A stretch of 64,000 bases of DNA from Bacteroidales bacterium (GCA_045628985.1 JAZQQH010000065.1:181514-245513), one strand, 5' to 3'. Positions 9,270 through 17,842 are shown, numbered from the stretch's first letter. Translations and numbers: made by a program. Notes: a model not told the origin generated them from the sequence alone.

Positions 9270-11360
9270 TTATAAAAAGCCAAGTTTCTTAAGTCTTGAT
9301 CGAATGGAACCATTATTACGTTGCAGAATCGCACCAATCTCTGTAACAGACTTCCCTATTCGATGTAATCCGATGAGTGCTTGTTCTTCTTCTTCCGACC
9401 ATGGAGCATAAGCTTTCGCGTACATTTGCTTTTGTTTATCCATATAAGATAATACTTGTTTTGCACTTGACGGCTCATCAATAGCTGAAATTATGGCATC
9501 AGCAATTGGCAAATCTGAGCCTTGATTGCCCGGTGTTTCCTGAGAACGAGGAACTCCAATATGGTTGCAAATCAGATCAAGAAAACGTTTACCAAACTGA
9601 AGCTTTTTATGCTCACCAAGTCCATAGCAATTATCTAGCTGAAACATGCTAGTAGGCTTAACGGATGCCAACGACTGTAAAGATTTATCAGAGAGAACAA
9701 TGTAAGCAGGTTTGCCTATTTCTACAGAAATCGCTTTGCGGAGTTCCCAGAGTTTTTCAAACAGCGACTGATCTTCCGTCTGGGGTTCGAATGTAGATTC
9801 TAGCGAAACGATATTACGTTTACGTTTGGTGACACGAAGATCTTCTCTCACAATAACAGACAACTGAGCCTGCTTTTTCCCAAAAAGGACTTCCTCTCCA
9901 AGAGGTGTAACTTTCAAATGATTATCTTCGTCGTAAGCGATCTCGATGTAACCCATTTGCAACATCTGCAAAAGATACATATGCCAATCATTAGCTGGGA
10001 TATCAGAACCTGCACCAAAAGTCTTCAATTTATTAAACCCTTTACCAGAGATCAAAGGAGAATAACTTCCCTTTAGTATGTCAGTAGTTACCGAAAAACC
10101 GATCTGTTCATCTGTACGTTTGATAGCAGATAGCGCTTTCTGCACAATTATCGTTCCATCAAAATGTTGTGGAGGATTTTTACAAACATCACAATTACTG
10201 CAACTACATTCGGTTGCCTCACCAAAGTAGTTCAGCAGAATACGCCTACGGCATACCTGAGCCTCTGCATATTCCTGCATGCGTTTCAGCTTTTCAATAT
10301 TAATCTCACGTTGTCCACTCTCTTCTGCGAACTTCCGCAATGTTATCAAATCCTGTAAATTGTAAAAAAGAATTGTTTCTGTCGGCAATCCATCTCTACC
10401 ACCACGACCTATCTCCTGATAGAAACTCTCAATGCTCTTTGGAAGATTATTGTGTATGACAAAACGGATATTACTCTTGTCTATCCCCATTCCAAAAGCT
10501 ATCGTAGCACATATTACATTAATGCGGTCGTTGACGAAATCTTCTTGTACATGAGTTCGCTCTTCAGCAGACAACCCCGCATGGTAAACACCTACAGAAA
10601 TTCCATTCTGTTGGAGATCGGCGGCCATTTCTTCCGTTCCTTTCCTTGACAAACAGTAGATGATGCCACTTTCATTACTATGACGAGCAATAACCTCCAA
10701 TATGGTGCGCAAACGCTCCCTTTTTCTATACGCTTTACGAACATCAAGACTTAAATTCGGACGATCAAAACTTCCTACAAAAATCCTAGGATTTCTCAAC
10801 CTTAGCTGTTCAACAATATCCGCCTTTGTAACCTTATCCGCTGTTGCTGTCAATGCAAGAATAGGAATAGTAGGAAAACGGTTTTTCAACTGCCCTAATT
10901 GTGCATATTCTGGACGGAAATCGTGTCCCCATTGAGAAACACAATGCGCCTCGTCAATAGCGATCAAAGAAATCTTGACATAATGAAGCAACCATGGAAT
11001 CTCTGAAATTAGTCGTTCTGGCGAGATATAAAGAATTTTGATACTACCACATTGACAACGTTCTCGAATCGATTTATTTACAAGTTCATCATTACTGCTA
11101 TTTAATGCCTCTGCTTCAATGCCATTTGCTTGAAGAGAATCGACCTGATCTTTCATCAAAGATATGAGCGGAGACACAACAACAGTTGTTCCATCAAGCA
11201 TCAAAGCAGGAATCTGATAACAAATAGACTTTCCTCCACCAGTAGGCATCAAGACCAAAGCATCCTGACCAGAAACAACATAATTGATGATTTCTTTCTG
11301 GAGAGGACGGAATGAATCATATCCATAAACTGTTTTTAATAGTTGATATGCCTTATCCAT
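9270..11360 (-). CDS. recQ: ATP-dependent DNA helicase RecQ (RQC, HRDC, extra C-terminal HTH)
   Basis: MPTGGGKS, DEAHCVSQWGHDFRPEY, QEIGRGGRDG, CRRRILLNYFGE..CSNCDVC; HRDC-like LFEKLWELRK..PAYIVLSD. Confidence 0.93.
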   Translation of the reverse strand: MDKAYQLLKTVYGYDSFRPLQKEIINYVVSGQDALVLMPTGGGKSICYQIPALMLDGTTVVVSPLISLMKDQVDSLQANGIEAEALNSSNDELVNKSIRERCQCGSIKILYISPERLISEIPWLLHYVKISLIAIDEAHCVSQWGHDFRPEYAQLGQLKNRFPTIPILALTATADKVTKADIVEQLRLRNPRIFVGSFDRPNLSLDVRKAYRKRERLRTILEVIARHSNESGIIYCLSRKGTEEMAADLQQNGISVGVYHAGLSAEERTHVQEDFVNDRINVICATIAFGMGIDKSNIRFVIHNNLPKSIESFYQEIGRGGRDGLPTETILFYNLQDLITLRKFAEESGQREINIEKLKRMQEYAEAQVCRRRILLNYFGEATECSCSNCDVCKNPPQHFDGTIIVQKALSAIKRTDEQIGFSVTTDILKGSYSPLISGKGFNKLKTFGAGSDIPANDWHMYLLQMLQMGYIEIAYDEDNHLKVTPLGEEVLFGKKQAQLSVIVREDLRVTKRKRNIVSLESTFEPQTEDQSLFEKLWELRKAISVEIGKPAYIVLSDKSLQSLASVKPTSMFQLDNCYGLGEHKKLQFGKRFLDLICNHIGVPRSQETPGNQGSDLPIADAIISAIDEPSSAKQVLSYMDKQKQMYAKAYAPWSEEEEQALIGLHRIGKSVTEIGAILQRNNGSIRSRLKKLGFL

Positions 11361-11409
11361 TATAAGCTCCTTTTTGGAAATTTTTCAAAACACTCAGCAA
11401 AAATCAGAA

Positions 11410-11607
11410 TTACGTCTTCTCAACCCTCAACAGCTCATTAATATCCACTTCGAGGAGTTCTGCAATCTTAACAAACGTCTCCATTGGTGGCTGACAAGCA
11501 TTAGTGCACCATTTGCTTACGGTTGTTGGTGCGCATCCAATCTGCTCGGATAGCCATTTGTTGGTCTTCTTTTTGTCAACAAGAACTACTTTTATTCGGT
11601 TTTCCAT
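11410..11607 (-). CDS. XRE-family helix-turn-helix regulator
   Basis: NRIKVVLVDKKKTNKWLSEQIG...TVSKWCTN..QP, typical Bacteroidetes island HTH. Confidence 0.9.
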   Translation of the reverse strand: MENRIKVVLVDKKKTNKWLSEQIGCAPTTVSKWCTNACQPPMETFVKIAELLEVDINELLRVEKT

Positions 11608-11609
11608 TC

Positions 11610-12455
11610 TTATTCTGCTGAAGTTATTTGTTTGAGATCTGTTTGCACATTGTCAATCTCTGCATAGCCATTTACATGAAGAGCTTTGTCGAGAATATCA
11701 GTCTTGAATGCTACTCCTGTGCCATGACAAAGCATGGTGCCAATATGCAAAATTAACTTATAAAGCTGATGACCCTGGATGTGAAGGTATGCATTATCCT
11801 CATTAAGATGCTTGTTTACCATCACTTCTGAGATATGGAGGTCTTTCAACTTGTCACTAAACAAGTTTCTGACTTTTTCGACGTATGCATTTCCATTATT
11901 GACAAGGTCTTCTCTCTTTGGCTGAAGAGGCAAGCATAAATTGAACTTTGAAATGTTCCATTGCTGGTTCAACTCTGAGTTCTGGCTATAATGCACAAGG
12001 TAAAGAAGTGGCTTATACACAGCGGATGAAAGCTTCTGCAAAAAGATGCGAAAGTCAAATTCCGAATCATGAATCAATTCAGAAAAGCGAGACTGAAGAT
12101 GTTCTGCCTCACAGAAATGATTCTCCCAAGAATATGCGTATGTCTGAGCAATATTATTTTCGGAAGTTAATCCCTCCTCGCCTTTCAACTGGCGCAAATC
12201 GCTATCGATACAAACGAAAAACCGCTTTGTCAGATACGGCTTGTAACGCAGACATTGCTCACATCCACGAGCGTCATTGCCATTATCGTTTTTCGAATAG
12301 GTCAGAAATAGATAATTAGCTGGAGAGACGTTCTGAAGTTGATGCTTCCAGAAAAGAATATCCTCAGAATCCTCCAGATGCACGACAGCTTTAATGCTCC
12401 TGTCTCGTAATGGAAGATTACGATAGTATCGTGCTTGTTCTTCGATTCTATTCAT
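11610..12455 (-). CDS. DUF4435 TOPRIM-like nuclease (PARIS AriB-like)
   Basis: VHLEDSEDILFW (TOPRIM Glu), CIDSD (DxD), TYAYSWENH, QGH; directly downstream of an ABC ATPase. Confidence 0.8.
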   Translation of the reverse strand: MNRIEEQARYYRNLPLRDRSIKAVVHLEDSEDILFWKHQLQNVSPANYLFLTYSKNDNGNDARGCEQCLRYKPYLTKRFFVCIDSDLRQLKGEEGLTSENNIAQTYAYSWENHFCEAEHLQSRFSELIHDSEFDFRIFLQKLSSAVYKPLLYLVHYSQNSELNQQWNISKFNLCLPLQPKREDLVNNGNAYVEKVRNLFSDKLKDLHISEVMVNKHLNEDNAYLHIQGHQLYKLILHIGTMLCHGTGVAFKTDILDKALHVNGYAEIDNVQTDLKQITSAE

Positions 12456-12458
12456 ACG

Positions 12459-13202
12459 TTACTTGACTGGAGTGGTTACGTCTTCCATATAGATAATCTT
12501 ATCGCCCCATCCGTCACCAAAGATGCTTGGGGAATGTGTGGTGATGAAGTACTGAGCGTTAGGATTGAGCTTAACGAGAATATTGATCAACTCAAACTGC
12601 CAACTGATGTCAAGAGAGTTTTCTGGCTCATCAAGCAGTACAAAAGCATCCTGACCATCCAGAAGGAATACACGAAGCAGGATCAGAAGTATCTGCTTTT
12701 CTCCAGAAGAGAGGGCTTCAATGGATAAAATCTGATCACCAGATACGACATTGAACTTATTTCCTTCGATTTTGATATACTTTCCAGTACTTTTGAAAAG
12801 GTTGTTGATGGCCAAGCAGAAATCATCAATACGAGCTTTCATTTCTGCCTGCTTCTCAGCAGAAGCATCAATCATTGTCATTCGATAAGACATCATTGAC
12901 GGACCTGTCTTCATGTCGAACATATAATACTCAAGGTCTTGTGTCAATGCATTAGTTGTCTTACGTTTATCTCGCATGACGATGTCGTCAATAGAACGCA
13001 CATACACAACCTGACGCTTCTCCTCAAGGCCAAGATTGTTGTAAACTATCTTATAGATCTCATTTAAGAGAGTAGTTTTACCGCTACCATTTACACCAAC
13101 AATGATATTGACATCATCATTAGCGATAAAATGGACATCGTACTTATCCCAGAGTCGGGTCTTGATTTCTTTGATTTTGTTGTATGACATGATATCAGTC
13201 AT
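12459..13202 (-). CDS. ABC/AAA_21-type ATPase (PARIS AriA-like, short)
   Basis: GVNGSGKT Walker A, LSSGEKQ signature, LLDEPENSL Walker B, TTHSP. Confidence 0.85.
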   Translation of the reverse strand: MTDIMSYNKIKEIKTRLWDKYDVHFIANDDVNIIVGVNGSGKTTLLNEIYKIVYNNLGLEEKRQVVYVRSIDDIVMRDKRKTTNALTQDLEYYMFDMKTGPSMMSYRMTMIDASAEKQAEMKARIDDFCLAINNLFKSTGKYIKIEGNKFNVVSGDQILSIEALSSGEKQILLILLRVFLLDGQDAFVLLDEPENSLDISWQFELINILVKLNPNAQYFITTHSPSIFGDGWGDKIIYMEDVTTPVK

Positions 13203-13389
13203 TTGATTTCTTGCTGTTCAAAATAAAATGCACGCTATTATATTTACGCGTGCAAATATAATCATTTTTCGTCAATATCAAGAAGGGACTACTAAATTTC
13301 TGCAATAATTCCACACTTTAATAGCATTTCCTTCACTTTTTTGCAATATTATTGCCAAATTGGAGATGCAATGTAAAACACAAATTCAA

Positions 13390-13830
13390 TCGAGTTAACA
13401 CTTAACGCTTAACGCTTTTGCGAGATAGGCAATAGTGTTAAGCGTTAACGTTAACTTGATGCGACTGTAGATTGTTATAATGTCAAATCTATATTTCTTC
13501 GAGTTTACACTTTACGCTTTACGTTTTTACGTTTACATCTGCTATTGTCCGGGCATCCCCAAAAGTGTAAAGCGTAAAACGTAAAGTGTAAAGTGTATGT
13601 AATTCTGCATTTACTATTGACAAATAGGTACTGTCGTAAACTATATATTCATTTATATAAATCGCGCGCGATTATATATATAATTTTCGATTAAGATTAA
13701 TAGAATAAGTAATAGGAAGAAAAAAAGAAGTCCCTAAAGGAATGGTAGCCGCAGATGTGTATCATGTCAATGTGAGTTTCTATCGAGTTAACACTTTACA
13801 CTTTACGCTTTACGTTTTTACGTTGCACAT
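13390..13830. repeat. Heptamer repeat arrays (TTWACRC) in direct and inverted orientation
   Basis: Blocks beginning TCGAGTTWACACTTWAC at 13390, 13499 and 13783; inverted blocks near 13434-13456 and 13561-13597. Confidence 0.75.
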
Positions 13831-13916
13831 CTTACGGATTTACGAGCCGTGGGAAATGTCGATACAAGCAGTGGGAAATCTATTGTAGGGACAAGAAAAA
13901 AGCAGTATCTTTGCAC

Positions 13917-14080
13917 CGCCATTCAGAGGAGTCGAAGCTTGTACCGAATGCGGGCAATACTTATGATAACGGCCGAGCATAAGTATTGATTAACGTCTGG
14001 CATTAGTTAAGATCAACTACCCTACCTCAACCAAATAAGGTATGTTCGAGAGGACTGTGCTTGTAACGAACCTATTTTTT
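13917..14080 (+). ncRNA. Candidate structured ncRNA or orphan leader
   Basis: TATCTTTG box at 13906-13913; hairpins caatacttatg/cataagtattg, tacct/aggta, gttcg/cgaac followed by a T-run; no ORF in the track. Confidence 0.45.
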
Positions 14081-14277
14081 GATACTTATACATAATATTG
14101 TAGTGTTTTACGACTATCATAAAACACTGCAAAAATAGCGAAAATTATAAAATATAACAATTGCTCTCTTTTTTATGTGGCAACATATTACTTCTCATCG
14201 CTACTCTTTCTATTATCAAGCGAAAAATATCATTATTGAGCACACGCTCCAACTTTTTTATAAAAAAATACATTTTA

Positions 14278-14309
14278 CCTGTAACATTTCTATTTTCTGC
14301 ATACTATAA
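14278..14309 (+). promoter_or_regulatory. Putative ECF sigma promoter, copy 1
   Basis: CCTGTAACATTTC-N7-TGCATACTATAA; near-identical copy at 17720. Confidence 0.7.
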
Positions 14310-14356
14310 GAATGTAAGCAAACAACAATTCAAAAAAAATCATTAGCATCAACATC

Positions 14357-15148
14357 ATGAAGAAAATGAACGCAATGCTCGCTGTGGTCGAGCAAAGTGC
14401 ATCTCAATGCACAAAGAACCTGAAAGAACTTGCCACCAGTTTCAAAAAGAACTCTGGCGATTTCTTGGGTGTGAAGAAAACCTATAGGGCTCGTGAGGGA
14501 TATGCAGACGATCCGTCTAAACGAGGATACAAGCGTGTGGTATCAACTGTAGATGAGAAGATTGAGGCTCTACAAAAGGAGCTGACGGCACATCTCACCG
14601 ACCTGTTCTCCATAGAACGCACCAATAGTATTGGAGCTGCAAAGGTGCCACTCATAGTCGAAGGACGCAACTTCGGTGAAATGACTGCTATTGAACTTAT
14701 GCGTTTAAAGTCGTTCCTTATGCGAGAGGAGTTTGAACAGATATACAATGCCATTCCTGTCCGCTCTGATGCAGAGGATTGGACACGCACAACAGATTCC
14801 GATTACGAAGGACGAGAGATTTGGGAGACTCCTCTGATAAAAGGTGTAGCGAAGACCTCAGAGAACGAGGAGGTTATCCTTAAGGATCCAAATCTGAATC
14901 CTGAGAATCTTCCTGCCAACTATGTTGCAAAAACGACCGTCAAACGCAAGACGGTAGAAGTGGGCGACTATACTGCTCAGACATTCTCCGGTGAGTGGAA
15001 TCAGCGTCAGCGCTCTGAACTACTCCGCCGTCGTGCCACATTGCTCAAAGCTGTTATTGAGGCTCTCAAAATAGTAAATGATGTAGAGACGGTAGCATCT
15101 GAGATACAAGTAGAATCTCTTCTCAAATACATCCATTACGGAAAATAA
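14357..15148 (+). CDS. Conserved uncharacterised, probably helical/coiled-coil protein (candidate RNA-binding partner of the downstream ncRNA)
   Basis: 263-aa ORF. The pattern (MNAMLAV, FLGVKKTY, TNS..A.V..IVEG, ELMRL, IPV, VGDYT..FSG, ELLRR..LLKAV) resembles a family I recall from Actinobacteria, cyanobacteria and phages (possibly DUF7873; not verified). Confidence 0.8.
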   Translation: MKKMNAMLAVVEQSASQCTKNLKELATSFKKNSGDFLGVKKTYRAREGYADDPSKRGYKRVVSTVDEKIEALQKELTAHLTDLFSIERTNSIGAAKVPLIVEGRNFGEMTAIELMRLKSFLMREEFEQIYNAIPVRSDAEDWTRTTDSDYEGREIWETPLIKGVAKTSENEEVILKDPNLNPENLPANYVAKTTVKRKTVEVGDYTAQTFSGEWNQRQRSELLRRRATLLKAVIEALKIVNDVETVASEIQVESLLKYIHYGK

Positions 15149-15150
15149 TC

Positions 15151-15460
15151 GGGCAACGACCCAACAGGATAATTGACTAAAGCTTCACTTTTACGCATTA
15201 GCATCATGCCGCACCAATATAGTCATTGCCCTTACAGCGCGCTGTCTATATGGCACAAAGCATCAGCATTGAGTCAAAAGCATTGGCTTTAGCCTTACCG
15301 GTCGAAGACTGCTGGAATACGTGATTCATGAGACCCTGAAGATTGCAAGTTCGAATCTTGCATCCGCCTCAATCTTTATACTACATGGCGGATTGGTGCA
15401 ATGGTCAACACATCAGGAACATAGCCTTAGCATCATAGCAGCAGATACATTCGACAAAAC
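15151..15460 (+). ncRNA. Structured ncRNA containing a circularly permuted tRNA-like (YrlA/Y RNA-like) module
   Basis: T arm gcaag-TTCGAAT-cttgc (15345-15361) precedes acceptor stem atccgcc/ggcggat (15362-68/15387-93) and D arm (15396-15411). Closed by cctga/tcagg. Outer stems gtcgaa/ttcgac and ctgctg/cagcag. 5' domain gggcaacgac/gtcattgccc. Confidence 0.75.
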
Positions 15461-15497
15461 TCCATCCCTGTTCATGAAGGAAAAGAGCGAACAGGGA

Positions 15498-15568
15498 GGG
15501 CGGGTAGCTTAGTGGCAAAGCACACGACTGCAGATCATGACACATAGGTTCGATTCCTATCCCGCCCA
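15498..15568 (+). tRNA. tRNA with GCA anticodon (Cys-like), atypical
   Basis: Cloverleaf: gggcggg/cccgccc, gctt/aagc, cacga/tcatg (one mismatch) with loop ctGCAga, atagg-TTCGATT-cctat; discriminator A, no encoded CCA. Confidence 0.8.
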
Positions 15569-15645
15569 CGAATAATAATTCCAAAGCGAAGACAATGGAC
15601 CTTTAGAACAAAATCTTAGAAAGAATAGAATTAACGTTTTCCAAT

Positions 15646-16074
15646 ATGAAGAACAATGACAAAGTGCAACAAGCACTCCAATGGCTAGATGATGAGGGTT
15701 GGAGTGAACTGATTGACCCCAGATGGACACTTGAGGTTTATCATGAACTCCAAACGTCCAAACTTAATCTCAAAGATGAAGATATTCGTGAGACACTTGA
15801 TATTGTGATTTACGATAAACCCGACTACAATCCTGCAAATAATGAACGGCTCGTTCGCGGAATGACCGAGGACAGTCCAAAATACAAAGACTATATCTGC
15901 AAGATGCTGCAATGTAAGAAGGATGCAGAAACTGAAGATCCCAAACATTCTGGTTTCTTTGACCTGAGCAAACCTCACGAGAAGGCGGATGAGATTCTTT
16001 GCAATCTGCTCATGGATTTAGGGTTCAAAGATATTGTGGACGTTTATAAATCCTTTGACAAATGGTATGCTTAA
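15646..16074 (+). CDS. Hypothetical protein, phage-type C-terminal motif
   Basis: 142 aa; HEKADEILCNLLMDLGF...KWYA end resembles small phage hypotheticals (from recall). Confidence 0.7.
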   Translation: MKNNDKVQQALQWLDDEGWSELIDPRWTLEVYHELQTSKLNLKDEDIRETLDIVIYDKPDYNPANNERLVRGMTEDSPKYKDYICKMLQCKKDAETEDPKHSGFFDLSKPHEKADEILCNLLMDLGFKDIVDVYKSFDKWYA

Positions 16075-16098
16075 GCCCCCACCTTTAATTTCACAAAA

Positions 16099-16461
16099 AT
16101 GATAAAATATGATTCAATTGAGAACATCCTTCAGACATTGAAAGAAAAGTTCTCCCGTCAAGAAAAAGAAATTGAACGTCTCAGACTTGAGAATGCGAAG
16201 CTCAAGAACGGAATTTGGCAGGAAGAAGAAATGGCTTGGCTCAAAGCTGAATATGACAGAATGAAAGAAGAATATCATAGAGGGTTCTCTATCTCAAAAG
16301 AGGAGAAAGCAATAATAAATGAGTTCATAAATCAGCATAAAGGCTACTATGGTGCCATAGGCGGAGGTTTCTCATACCAGTTCATTCCGACTTCCATTGG
16401 CATTATTGGTACCATCATTGCCTCAAATGGTGATAAGTTAGTATTTAGAGAACTAGGATAA
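16099..16461 (+). CDS. Hypothetical protein (coiled coil + GAIGG motif), phage-type
   Basis: 120 aa; GAIGGGFSYQFIPTSIG motif. Confidence 0.7.
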   Translation: MIKYDSIENILQTLKEKFSRQEKEIERLRLENAKLKNGIWQEEEMAWLKAEYDRMKEEYHRGFSISKEEKAIINEFINQHKGYYGAIGGGFSYQFIPTSIGIIGTIIASNGDKLVFRELG

Positions 16462-16468
16462 TGAGAAC

Positions 16469-16702
16469 ATGCCCATGAGACTTCAATACAAAATAATCTT
16501 ATGCTTATTGGCATTACCAATAAACATCCTGATTTTGAAAATTGTTTGGAATTGGATTATACCATCCATTACCGGATGGAAAGAAATCAATTATCTGCAA
16601 GCGTGTGGCTTGTTTGTTCTATACTGGAGTATTCATGGAATGGTGCGTTTTACTTTCAACACACGGCAAAAGAGACAAAGTGTTTCGTTTCGCCAAATGT
16701 AA
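16469..16702 (+). CDS. Small membrane protein
   Basis: Two hydrophobic segments flanking WNWIIPSITGWKEINYLQACGL. Confidence 0.6.
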   Translation: MPMRLQYKIILCLLALPINILILKIVWNWIIPSITGWKEINYLQACGLFVLYWSIHGMVRFTFNTRQKRQSVSFRQM

Positions 16703-16715
16703 AATATGGCAATAC

Positions 16716-17636
16716 TTATAATGACAATTGATCATAAGCAGGACAAAAGTTAAGACGTTTATAGAAAGTCCACAAGACTGAAGGTACTGATTTCTGATAC
16801 TCTATGACTGTGGTGTCATGAACCATTCCTCCCCTCTTCTCCTTTCGTGAGAGTCGAAGTTCTGCCACCGCCTCAGCATTGGGGAGCTGTAATAATGTCT
16901 CTTCGTAATAGGCAATCAGGCAATTGTATAAATCGGAGAAATGATCATTGATGTCAGATGCTATCGAAAGATATTCAGATCCATATGATAATACTTGATT
17001 CCCCTGTTGCAACAGACTCAAATTATGCCTCATTTGAGCCTTGATTCGATACACGATGACTCTATATGCTTCATAAGATATTCCCATTGCCTGGGTAATG
17101 TCTTTCTCTGGTAGAGCTTTGCTTTTGTCCAAAATAGTCAGAAGCCAGCGCAACAAGATAAATCTTTCTCGTGGTTGTAGCACCTGAAGCATGTAGGCCA
17201 ACACATGAGAAAAAGTCTCAATCATACGTTCGGTTTGCAACAAAGGAAGACCATCACTACAAGCATTAATCTCGTCAGCATACTCAACATAAAACTCCCT
17301 TAATTTGGTTTCAGAAGCAACTCTATTAGCCAGATAATTCCGGAAGGTCGAACGGACCCATGTCACAAAAACATCTCGATGCTGCACGCCTAACAAAATT
17401 TTGTAAGGCTGGCTATTGTCTCCATCTTTTCCCTCACGCAAATACAGGAAGAAATCTTCCACTACATCTTCATAATCATCAAGAATCTCTTCTCTAAAGG
17501 CATCAAACTTCTCTCGCAACTGCGGCTTCAGCCTTTCGTGCAACAACCAGTACATTGCTTCGTCTGCTTGCTCTCGATGAGCAAGGATGAAGTCGAGAAA
17601 TTCGGATAAAGGTATATACTGGAAGTTCGTAGCCAT
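16716..17636 (-). CDS. ECF-type sigma-70 factor with C-terminal extension
   Basis: Region 2-like EDVVEDFFLYL...FVTWVRSTFRNYL; region 4-like LQPRERFILL...EKDITQAMGISYEAYRVIVYRIK; about 100 extra C-terminal residues. Confidence 0.75.
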   Translation of the reverse strand: MATNFQYIPLSEFLDFILAHREQADEAMYWLLHERLKPQLREKFDAFREEILDDYEDVVEDFFLYLREGKDGDNSQPYKILLGVQHRDVFVTWVRSTFRNYLANRVASETKLREFYVEYADEINACSDGLPLLQTERMIETFSHVLAYMLQVLQPRERFILLRWLLTILDKSKALPEKDITQAMGISYEAYRVIVYRIKAQMRHNLSLLQQGNQVLSYGSEYLSIASDINDHFSDLYNCLIAYYEETLLQLPNAEAVAELRLSRKEKRGGMVHDTTVIEYQKSVPSVLWTFYKRLNFCPAYDQLSL

Positions 17637-17719
17637 GAGGAGTATCTTTGTTTATTCTGCCGCGAATTTACGTATTATTTTGGAGAAATATCGTAAATAA
17701 TCAAAAAATATTGATTTGG

Positions 17720-17751
17720 CCTATAACATTTCGATTAATTGCATACTATAA
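17720..17751 (+). promoter_or_regulatory. Putative ECF sigma promoter, copy 2
   Basis: CCTATAACATTTC-N7-TGCATACTATAA, same spacing as the copy at 14278. Confidence 0.7.
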
Positions 17752-17842
17752 AGATGAAAATAGCCAAAAGAAAATATCATTGGCTATCTTTTCCAAACAA
17801 TAATAATATAAAGAAATTGAAAAAGAAAGTAGCATCATTGTT

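Noticed and set aside
15335-15417. Two-piece (permuted) tmRNA
   Set aside because: The acceptor stem has C3-G70 rather than the G3-U70 alanine determinant, a D stem is present, and no tag ORF is evident
15321-15512. 63-aa ORF over the RNA region
   Set aside because: GTG start, no family resemblance, overlaps the tRNA-like structures
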